DNA from: Octopus sinensis
Lineage: Eukaryota
Direction of reading: 5' to 3'
DNA: 64,000 nucleotides
Assembly: GCF_006345805.1 (NCBI RefSeq)
Contig: NC_043022.1
Location: forward strand, 21,142,001-21,206,000
Within the stretch, counting starts at the first letter, position 1. The number at the start of each line of letters is the position of its first letter. The notes beneath the pieces are model-generated. The model worked only from the letters and a program-made list of their open reading frames with translations, made no database searches and was not told where the DNA came from. Made by a program: the position numbers and the translations under genes. Below, one piece after another: positions 41,970-54,200 of this stretch.

Positions 41970-44293
41970 ATATGCATATTATATATATATATAATATGCA
42001 TATATATATATATGCATACACATATATATATATATGCAAACTTAAAAAAGCATATTGCTGAAAGTCTTGGTTATATGTTATTGCCTCCGTGAGGCCCAAC
42101 ACTAGAAAGGTGCTTTTTATGTGCCACTGACATGGGTAGCCAGTTGCATGACTACAATTTCACTCGGGTCGATGGGACTTCTATTCAAGCATGGCATAAT
42201 GCCAGAAAGGAAAAAAAAAGGGTAAGGAAAAAAAAAGGGGTTAAAAAAGGTGTGTTTTTTTTACCTCAGGGGTTTTGGCAGGTCCTGCATAATAGACAGG
42301 ATGGTCTCTCATATACTGGGGGAGGCCTTCTCCACTGTCAATTCTCTCCTTTAACTTGGCATGAGCAATATCTCTGGCAACAATCAGCGTTCCGCTGAGA
42401 GACAGTCGAGTCTTAATAGGGAAAGAATCCAGGATTGAAAGCATATCCTTCATTGGTTGGTTCATGTCAATCTAATTAAGAAAAATTAAAACTGTTAGAA
42501 CTAATTGGTGGTTTTTTTTTTAATAAAATGTGAAAAACAGAATTAAACTAAATTGATAATATATAGGCGCAGGAGTGGCTGTGTGGTAAGTAGCTTGCTT
42601 ACGAACCACATGGTTCCGGGTTCAATCCCACTGCGTGGCACCTTGGGCAAGTGTCTTCTACTATAGCCTCGGGCTGACGAAAGCTTGTGAGTGGATTTGG
42701 TAGACGGAAACTGAAAGAATCCCATCGTATATATATAAGGTGAGCTGGCAGAAACGTTAGCACGCCGGGCGAAATGCTTAGCAGTATTTCGTCTGCCGCA
42801 ACGTTCTGGGTTCAAATTCCGCCGAGGTCGACTTTGCCTTTCATCCTTTCAGGGTCGATAAATTAAGTACCAGTTACGCACTGGTACTTTATTTATTGAC
42901 CCCGAAAGGATGAAAGGCAAAGTCGACCTCGGCGGAATTTGAACCCAGAACGTTGCGGCAGACGAAATACCGCTAAGCATTCTGCCCGGCGTGCTAACGT
43001 TTCTGCCAGCTCGCCACCTTCATCCATAGTATTCAACAACAAAGTGAAGTAACAAAAACAAAAACATACACACATCGTCGTCAAACATCTGTTTTTCCAT
43101 GCTGTCATGAGTTGGACAGTTTGACCAAAGCTGGTAAGCTGGAGAGCTACACTAGATTCCAGTCTGATTTTACTTGGTTTCTATGGTTGGATGCCCTTCC
43201 TAAACACCAACCACTTTACAGTGTGTGCTTGGTGCATTTAACAAGGTACCAGCACACCCTCTTCACCGGGAGAAGTGGCCTTAACACTTCTGCTATGGAG
43301 GACGGGTCTTCTTGAGTAAAGCCAGGGGCTACCTTGGCCCTTTGTCTTCTTGTCTGAAAGTTTCATACATACAAAGACAAACACACATATAACACACCTG
43401 TACTACATTGCCACCCAAATCTAAATCAGTGATCTCAGGTAGGTATTTGACGGGTCTTCTTGAGTAAAGCCAGGGGCTATCTTGGTCCTTTGTCATCTTG
43501 TCTGAAAGTTTCATACATACAAAGACAAACACACCTATAACTCACCTGTACTACATCTCCACCCAAATCTAAATCAGTGATCTCAGGTAGGTATTTGTGT
43601 GGGTTCGTTTCCAGTTGTTCCAGAAAGATTCCATCTTCATTGATCCGTGCATTAACCTTGGAAAAGTCGAAATAGATAAATAAATAAATAAATAAATAAA
43701 CACACAAATTTTAGTAAATTCTTTCTGTTAATTATTCAGTTAATTAATCAATTAATCAACAAGTAGCAGACATCAAAGAGCCCTAGAACAAAGAGACAAT
43801 ATTTTCAAAGACGGTTAAAAAAAGCTTAATATCTTTCATCATTCAATTGTTTCAGTCATTAGATTGTGGCCATGCTGGGGCACTGCCTTGAAGAACTTTT
43901 AGTTGAATGAATGGACTCCAGTACTTGTTTTTTAAGTTTGGTACTTTGGTACTTGTTCTAGTGTTCTCTTTTGCTGCATCGGTTGTCAAGCAGTGGGGAG
44001 TGACAAACATAGATACACACACACACACACACAATATATATATATATATGTAGATTAATCAGCCGAAATTGCGAAGATGATCCGGTTCTTGACTGATGAC
44101 TGAGGGCTTCGAAAGTCCCGTTCGTGTTTTTTGTGTCGTCTTCTAAATGTTTCACGTTCTTGTCCCAGTTTGTATATTTTTTTTAACTTTTACATATATA
44201 TATATATATATATATATTACCAGGTGGTGCTATTAAGTTAGACATGGCCTGGGCCAATAATGGCCGAAACCTATCAAAGTATCAAAGTATATA

Positions 44294-44328
<35 letters not shown>

Positions 44329-45051
44329 CATTATCGGCGTTAGGAAGGGCATCCAGCTGTAGAAACTCTGCCAAATCAAGACTGGAGTCTGGTGCAGCCA
44401 TCTGGTTCACCAGCCCTCAGTCAAAATCGTCCAACCCATGCTAGCATGGAAAGTGGACGTTAAACGACGATGATGATGATGATTATGATGATATATGATG
44501 GGCTTTCAGTTTCTGTGAATGAAATCCACTCACAAGGCTTTGGTTGGCGCAAGGCTGTTGTAGAAGTCACTTGCCCAAGGTGCTGCACAGTGGGACCGAA
44601 CCTGGAACCATGTGGTTGGGAAGCAAGCTTCTTACCACACTGCTACACCTATTGATATTTTTTTTAAATACTTTATTTTAGGATGGGATATTGGGTTTTA
44701 GTTTCCTTTTATGCAAATAGGCAAATTTAGCTCAAACACCCTGAACATCCAAAAACACACGTGTGTGTAAAATATTGGATAAAAAATTTCTTGGGTGCAA
44801 AGATGTAAATGCAAAAACAGGAAAATAATAATCTTCTTACTTGTCTGTCAGCAGAACAAGAAACACCGATGCCTACGGGGCAGGAAGCTCCATGACGGGG
44901 TAACCGAATAACCCTCACGTCATGACAGAAGTACTTGCCGCCAAACTGTGCCCCAATACCCATCTGTTGCGTTAACTTGTGCAGTTCTTTCTCTAGTTCA
45001 ACATCACGAAATGCACGGCCAAATTCATTACCTGCAGAAGAAAAAGATGAG

Positions 45052-45093
<42 letters not shown>

Positions 45094-45186
45094 TTAATAA
45101 TAATGACAATAATAATAATGATAATAATAATAATAATGATAATAATAATAATAATGATAATAATAATAATGATAATAATAACAATC

Positions 45187-45217
<31 letters not shown>

Positions 45218-48200
45218 TAATAATAATAATGATAATAATAATAATGATAATAACAATCATAATAATAATAATAATAATAATAATGATAATAATAATGATA
45301 ATAATAATATAATAATAATGATAATAATAATAATAATAATAATAATTATCGTAGCACCAAAATGTTTTTGGAAACTAAAAGGAAAACTAAATCAGTATAC
45401 CAAATCGCTTGTCCTATGGTTAATCTGGAAGCGCGTCCCCCAGGGAAGAGTCAGCCTGGGATCGAAAAGTCATCAACTGGCACAAACTCTTCTCCGAATA
45501 CGGACATGGATGGTCACTTGAACGGGAAATCCCCTAACTCGAGCCCTCCAAGTTCACCACCACAACCACCACAGAAAGAAAAATGTAAGCGGAACAAATG
45601 GACCCGAGAAGAGTATAAAGAAGTAATATACGCTTATTACTATGCATTAGGTAGGCCATCTCAAGAGAGACACACCGCAAACTCTTACAGTATATGGAGA
45701 ACACAGAATCAAGACAGTAGGCCCTATTTGGACGAGAACAAATTAGCAAATGTGAGGAGGGATATCCTTAGAAATAACAGACTCACAGACAGTGAAATAA
45801 GCGCGATCAAGCACGCAACGGAAAATGACATAAATATAAGACACAAAGGAAATGAAGAATCAGATGAACAGTATAGCCCGCCACGAGGCTTAATTGAAAG
45901 ACTGCCATCTGACCAAAGTACGCAAAGGCCTGAAGATACAAGAAATTCTATTGTACCTGTTAAAGATAGCCAGGAAAACGAAAAAACAACAGTAACTGAA
46001 GATCTCGCATTTGCTGAAGAACACAGAGAGTCTATGGCAGAAATGAGGCAGAAAATCCTGAATACGCTTGAAGTTGTAAGACATACAAGTATGAATGATA
46101 GAGAACCACTTCATAAACTCTCAAATACAAACCAAAATAAAAAACAAATCCAAATTGGCAACTATGTAACAAATGAAATAATACGAGAATTAAAACCTGA
46201 TTTTACTGAGTTAAATGAAATTATTTACGCTTCTGCTAGGGCAATTGAAACCAGCTGTATGCCCCCGAAAAAACAAAGAAAACAAAACCTGGGAAGAAAT
46301 CAAACCTGGAGAAGTAAAATTGAAAAAGAGATCGAATTTATGAGAGGGGAAATATCAATATTAAATGAACTAATATGTGGAAATGATGTAAGATCCAGAA
46401 CAGGAAGAAAGATGAAGAGAAAATTTGGATCCTCACCAAGAGAAGAACTGATATCAATAAAAGAAACGCTGAAACAAAAAGTCCAAGCAAAAGCCCAAAG
46501 AAGACGAAGATTTGAGAAGAGAAACAAGTTTTACAAGCAAAATAAGTTCAAAACTTTTGGAAAAGGATTTGGAGTGACAAGAAGACGTACAACATAAATG
46601 CAGACTGGATTATACAAACTGAAGGATCCTACCAAAATTTACAACAACAAGCATGGGAAGACATCACAATAGCAGACCTAAGAAAGGCACTCACGAAGGC
46701 CCATAATTGGAAATCCACCGGTAAAGATAGGGTGCCGAATTTCTGGCTCGCATCGCTCCCATGCGCACACGGTAAGCTAGTTCAGCTGCTCAATGGAATT
46801 ATGAGAGACCCAAAGAAAACACCAGAATGGTTAGCAAGTGGCATTACTTACCTACTCCCAAAGAATAACGAAACCACCTTCCAAAAAACTATCGGCCTAT
46901 AACCTGTCTATCCACCACGTATAAAATCCTAACATCTATCCTGGCGGAGAAAACATATGCATTCATGGAGAAGAACGATATTTTTCCCATTGAACAAAAA
47001 GGGTGCCGCCGAGGCTCTTACGGATGCAAAGATCAACTGCTAATCATCATATGATCCTGAGAACTGTCACAACAAGCGCAGAAATCTCAGCACCGCATGG
47101 ATTGATATAAAAAGGCCTTCAACAGTATACCGCATCCATGGATCTTGGAGATCGCTAGACATCTTCAAAATTTCCCCTGTGATTTCAAACTTCCTGAAGC
47201 ACAATGTGTCGTTGTGGAATACGAATCTCCAATTATACACTCTAATGGAGTACTTGCCTCAGAAAATATAAACATCAACTGTGGATTTTTCAAGGTGACT
47301 CACTTTCACCTTTAATATTCTGCATAGCCCTAAACCCCTTACAAGTGAATTAAACAGAACAGGGTATGGGTATAAAATTGCCAATAAAAAATAAGCCATC
47401 TATTTTATATGGATGACTTAAAACTTTATGGTAAAGACAATAATGAACTTGAAGGCCTATTGCGCACCGTGAAAGCATTCAGCGATGACATCGGGATGGA
47501 GTTTGGACTTGAGAAGTGTGCCAAGGCCACTTTCCAGAAAGGGAAAGTGAAGACCACAAATTCAGTCGTGTTAGATGTTGACACAGTCATAAGAGAGCTT
47601 GAGCAAGAACAAACATACAAATATTTAGGGATAAATGAAGGCTCTGGTATTCAGCATGCAAGCATGAAAGAGAAGATCAGGAAGGAATGTTATAGGAGAG
47701 TTCGTGCAGTCCTGAAATCTGAACTAAATGCACGTAACAAGGTGTTAGCTATAAATTCCTTAGCAGTTCCAGTTGTTACTTATAGCTACAATGTGTTGAA
47801 CTGGAATATGAGTGAAGTAAAGAATATAGATAGGAAAATACGCAAGCTGCTGAGGTGTAATAGGATGCACCACCCAAAGGCAGACGTAGATCGCCTTACC
47901 TTCCCAGAGCCCAAGGAGGTCGAGGCCTGATCCAATTTGAACTAGCTTACAAAACAACCACCATTGGACTGGCCAAATATCTCGAAATATCGAATGACTG
48001 GATGCTAAAGCTCGTGGAAAATCACGAGAGGCGAAAGAAGCTTCATTCTATCATAAAGGAAAGCAAAAAATTTGCTATTGATCTCGTGCAGGATACCCAA
48101 ACTGAACAACCCGAGGGAAGTACGGCAACTATTGTTGCAAAGAAGGTGAAAATGATGGCAACGAAAAAAGCGCACGAGCAATGGCTGATAGGTGGGAGGA

Positions 48201-51200
48201 GAAACCTCTGCACGGCAAATATGTGACCCGCAGCAAACAAGCTGATGTTGACCAGAAGCAAACCCATCAGTGGCTACGGAGCTCAGGGCTAAAAGCAGAG
48301 AGCGAAGGTTTCATCCTGGCTGCTCAAGATCAAAGCCTATTAACCCGGAACTACCAGGCCAATGTGATGAAAAATAGAGCAGACCCAAAATGCCGATTCT
48401 GCAATGACATGATTGAAACAGTGGACCATCTAATCTCTGGATGTAAAGTCTTAGCACCAGTGGAGTATAAATTAAGAGATGACAGAGTTGGCCAATATCT
48501 ACACTGGCTAATAAGTCGGCATTACAATATCAAAACTGCCGACAAGTGGTATAATCACCACCCTGAGGCTGTAACTGAAGGAGAAAATGTAACCATTCTG
48601 TGGGACTTTCCAGTACATACAGACCGAACCATCAAGGCCAATAAACAGATATTGTTGTGAAAGACCAAAACAATAAAGTTTGCTTATTGATCAACATGAG
48701 CATCCCCTGTGATCATAATATCTCAGCGAAAGAGTTTGACAAGCTCAGAAAATATAAAGACCTACTCATTGAAATGAGAAAATGTGGCATCTCAAGGCGG
48801 TTACAATACCAGTGATCGTAGGAGCACTAGGAATGATCAAGAAGGGAACCGAAAATTATATGAGAATGATCCATGGCTTACCATCCCTGCAAGAAGTGCA
48901 AAAGATCGTCTTAACTGGTACATCACATGTATTGAGAAGAGCATTGTCGATGTGAGAATTGTTGCTGCTCATGTATTTTAATTTAAAAAAAAAAAAAAAA
49001 AATGAACGAACTATTGAGTTTGGTGTAATGGCCTACCGATGTATACTATGAGTTTCTTTGCCCTAGGAGTCGGGAAGACACTCGGCAAGAAATGGAAGCA
49101 AATTCGAAAGAAGAAAAAAAAAAATAATAATGATAATAATAATAATAATGATGATGATGATGATGATGATGATGATAAATGCCCTGATGCAGTACCAGGC
49201 AGTGGTTCTCATGGCTTCTGGTCTTAAGTGATTGGAAGTGTTATCATGTACATTGTTTTGTCTTGGTATAAAAGATGGGCTACAGTAAATATTCTGCTCA
49301 ATACCACAGATTTGTTTGTCAGTTGTTTGACCATAACCAGTTGAGCATGTCCCTTAGTGGCTGACGATATGTGGGATTGTTACCAGCATCGCCTTAATGG
49401 CACCTGTGCCATTGGCATGTGTAAAAAGATTCGAGCGAGGTCATTGCCAGTACCGCCTGACTGGCCCCCGTGCCAGTGGCACGTAAAACCACCCACTACA
49501 CTCTCGGAGTGGTTGGCGATAGGAAGGGCATCCAGCTGTAGAAACTCTGCCAGATCAGACTGGAGCCTGGTGCAGCCATCTGGTTCGCCAGCCCTCAGTC
49601 AAACCATCCAACCCATGCTAGCATGGAAAGCGGACGTTAAACAATGATGATGATGATGATGATGATGCTGTGGATGATGATGGTTATGATAATGATGACG
49701 ATAACACTGTTCATGACAATGATGATGATGATGCTGATTGTAATGGTCACAAAAGAAGGCATCCGGAGTACTAACCTGATGTATGTAGTGTATCTAAATA
49801 CCGACAAGATGCCAGCTTCACTGTCTTCAGATTATACTCGGCAGATGTCCCACCAATGACAATAGCTAAATGGTAAGGAGGGCAGGCAGCAGTGCCTAGG
49901 GTCTTTGAAAAATAAAAATAGACACTATAAAAATATTACAAAAAAAGACAAAAAACCAACAGGAATGTCTTAAAGATATCGCAACATCTGGTTAAAGATA
50001 AGTTATTGTGTCAATGTGTTAATCCTGTAGCATTTAAGCTGACCATATCTGGCCAAAATATTCTGCCTGTTTTATCATCAAACCAGTAAGATCTGACCGC
50101 CCACATCTACCCTACAATATGGTTCTAAAAATAAACAATCGCATTGTTGAAATCTTGAGGCCATGAAATAATATGTGATTAATTAAAATTGATGTGAATA
50201 AATAAGCATTAGGTTGTCCCAAAAGTTTGTAAACACTTGCGAAAATTGAATTTTTACTCGCCAAGTACTAACAAAAACAAAAATTATTCCTCAAAATAAT
50301 GACCATTATTTTCCAAGACTTTCTACGAACTTTTGGGACAACCTTATATTACAACTGACAGGTTTTGATCTGAATGCTAAAGGCTTAAACTAGCCATTAT
50401 TCAGCCCAAATATTCTACATGCTTTATGTACAGACTAGCCATATCCAACCTCACACACTAACTCTACAATGTTAATCTTTGCGTCCCCAAAGTCCATCCC
50501 CTCCTCACCGTGGTGGGGACGCTGGCAACGGGTAGTGTCAGGGCTATGCCGTTGGGAACTTTGATTCCTGGTAGGGCCACCCAAGGTGGATTGGTCTGAC
50601 ACCGAGTGGTATTAGGGCCACGACCCGGGAGACGAGGCTCTGGTGAAAATCCTCAGAGTGTCTGTTTCGGCAACCAGTGGCTCCTCGGTTGTTCTGTCCC
50701 TGCGTCTGCGGACAATCTGTGGCAAACAGGATGTCTCTACATGCAGGATTGTTGGGGATTGCTTGTGTAATCCACATATTCCCACGAAACTTCTTCCATG
50801 CCTCGAAGGTGGTAGAAGAAGCCGACTCAACTCACCCAGGGTGAATGTCACCACAAGTACAAGTAAGTACAAATATTCTACATGCTTTATGTACAGACTG
50901 GCCATATCCAACTTCACACACTAACTCTAAAATGTTAATCTAAAAATAAACAAGGACATCATCAAAATCTCAAAGCCACAAGGTTAATAATGCATGATTA
51001 TTCAAAACAATGTGAATAGATAAGCATTACATTTGATGGAGAAATCTGAATGATAAAGGATTAAACCAATTGTATGCACCTGACATATGCTAACGTGTAT
51101 GCAGCCAGACTTTTCACACAGATATTTGTTATGATTTATAATCTATAAAATCCAAAATTTGACCAAATATAGCGATTTAAAAAATTTTCAACAGCGTTGC

Positions 51201-54200
51201 AGAGCCTGAAAAAAATATTTAACTGCAAAGTTCCTTACACACCTTTCTTTCATCCCTATTTTGCAACAATATATTGATTCGGGGTAACCAATTTCGAAAT
51301 TTGCATTTTTGCTCCATCTTACTGTACAAAGATGTTACACATGTTATGACTCATTTGGCATGTTCTCAGCACAAGAAAATATTAGTAGCACATAACGTGT
51401 AATGTGTCTCATCATCATCATTGTTTAACGTCCGCTTTCCATGCTAGCATGGGTTGGACGGTTCGACTGGGGTCTGGGAAGCCAGGAGGCTGCACCAGGC
51501 CCAGTCTGATCTGGCAGTGTTTCTACAGCTGGATGCCCTTCCTAATGCCAACCACTCCGTGAGTGTAGTCGGAGCTTCTTACGTGCCAGGCGAGGCTGGC
51601 AACAGCCACGATCAGTTGGTGCCTTTTATGTGCCACCGGCACGGAGGCCAGTCAGGGCAGTGCTGGCAACGGCACGTTCGGATGGTTCTTTTATGTGGCA
51701 CTGGCACTGGTATCACAACTACAATTTCCATTGATTTTTGAGCGATTTCGATTTTGATTCAGATTTCACTTGCCTCAACAGGTCTTCGCAAGCAGTGTTT
51801 TGTGTCCCAAGAAGGAAAGGTATGCATAAGTGGGCTGGCTACATCCCAGGTAGAGGCCACGGGTTATGGCCTCACTTGTCCTACGGGTCTACTCACGCAC
51901 AGCATACTTCCAAATCTCTATTAAATAATATTCATCTCTCACTAGATGGAGTACTTTTTTTGTTTATCTTACCATCACATTACATTATACACACACACAC
52001 ACAAACACACGAAAGGTTTCTTTGGATTCTGCCGATCTATTCTGCTAAATATTTCATAAGCAAAATCTTGAGCTAAACAAAACATAGTAAGATAACAAAT
52101 TTTACCTTAATCTTTTCGTCAAAGAATTGGAGAAGTTTTTCAGGATTAAGGAGGGCTTTGGTTTGTTGGAAAAGAAATGTCTTGTTGGCAGAACCACCAC
52201 CTTTGGCTAAGAAGAGAAAGTCATAATGATTGCTGTTGGTGGAATAGATTTCAATCTGAGCAGGTAGATTGGTACCAGTGTTGACTTCTTTGTACATATC
52301 TAATGGCGCCACCTGGAAGTATACAAAGAAATAACAACAACAATGATAATGATAATAATAATACTCCTTTCTACTATAGGTTCAAGGGCTGAAGTTTTGG
52401 CGGAATTTCAACTCAGAATGTAAAGACAAATGAAATGCCACTAAGCACCCACACTCTCTCTTTTACTTGTTTCAGTCATTTGACTGTGGCCATGCTGGAG
52501 CACCGCCTTTAGTCGAGGAAATCGACCCCGGGACTTATTCTTTGTAAGCCCAGTACTTATTCTATTGGTCTCTTTTGCCGAACCGCTAAGTGACGGGGAC
52601 GTAAACACACCAGCATCGGTTGTCAAGCAATGCTAGAGGGACAAACACAGACACACAAGCACACACATATACATATATACGACAGGCTTCTTTCAGTTTC
52701 CGTCTACCAAATCCACTCGCAAGGCTTTGTTCGGCCCAAGGCTATAGCAGAAGACACTTGCCCAAGATGCCACGCAGTGGGACTGAACCCGAAACCATGT
52801 GATTGGTAAGCAAGCTACTTACCACACAGCCACTCCTGCACCTACTAATAAAAAAATTTACACAAAAGGCTTACCTGCGAATATCGTAGATTGTTCCGTG
52901 TGAAAGCATTGTAGATTCCTTGAGACAGTGCTACATCATCTGGTTCCCCAGTTGTCCACACATATTGTCCTTTCTTGCCTAAATAGGAGAAGCAAAAAAT
53001 AAAAAAATAAAAAATAAGGAAAACATGCAGCTGTAGCTATGTGGTAAGAAGCTTGCTTCCCAACCACATGGTTCCAGGTTGTATCATCATCATCATCATC
53101 ATTTAACATCCGTTTTCCGTGCTAGCACGGGTTGGACGGTTCAACTGGGGTCTGGGAAGCCAGGAGGCTGCAGCAGCCTCCAGTCTGATCTGGCAGTGTT
53201 TCTACCAGCTGGATGCCCTTCCTAACGCCAACCACTCCGTGAGTGTCGTGGGTGCTTTTTACGTGCCACCGGCGCAGGTGCCAGGGGAGTCTGGCAGTGG
53301 CCACGATCGGTTGGTGCTTTTTACGTGCCACCAGCACAGAAGCCAGTCAAGGTGGCGCTGGCATCGGCCATGTTCGGATGGTGCTTTTTACGTGCCACCA
53401 GCACAGAAGCCAGTCAAGGCGGCGCTGGCATCGGCCACGTTCGGTTGGTGCTTTTTACGTGCCACCAGCACAGAAGCCAGTTAAGGTGGCGCTGGCATCG
53501 GCCACTTTCGGTTGGTGCTTTTTACGTGCCACCAGCACAGAAGCCAGTCAAGATGGCGCTGGCATCGGCCACGTTCGGTTGGTGCTTTTTACGTGCCACA
53601 TTGTATGTGTGTATGAATGGTAAAAAGCTTGCTTTCCAACCACATGGCTATGGGATCAGTCCCACTGCGTGGCACATTGGAGAAGTGTCTTCTACTATAG
53701 CCTCGGTGGAGGCACATGGCCTAGTGGTTAGAGCAGGGGACTCGCGGGTTCGAATCTCAGACCGGGCGATGTGTGCGTTTATAAGCAAAAACACCTAAGC
53801 TCCACGCGGCTCCGGCAGAAGGTAATGGCGAAACTTCTGCTGACTCTTTCACCACAACCTTCTCTCACTCTTTCCTCCTGTATCTTGCAGCTCACCTGCG
53901 ATGGACTGGTGTCCCGTCCAGGTGGGGAACCTATACGCTAAGAAACCAGCCCTTATGAGCCAGGCATGGCTTGAGAAGGAACAAACAAACAAAAAAAACT
54001 ATAGCCTCAGGTTGACCAAAACCTTGGGAGTGGATTTGGTGGATGGAAACTGAAAAATGCCCATCGTATTGGTGTGAGTCTTTGAGCCTGTATTTGTTGA
54101 CCCCTCACCACCGCCACTTGACAACTGTTGTTGTTGGTGTGTTTATGTTCTTGTAACTTATCGTTTCAGCAAAAGAGACCGATAGAATAAGCACCACTCA

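Noticed and set aside
41321-42102. YI-repeat ORFs (also 57254-57830, 58889-59498)
   Set aside because: Microsatellite translations.
44091-44120. CTGATGA...GAAA hammerhead candidate (also ~41224)
   Set aside because: No credible stem II closing pair between the core segments.
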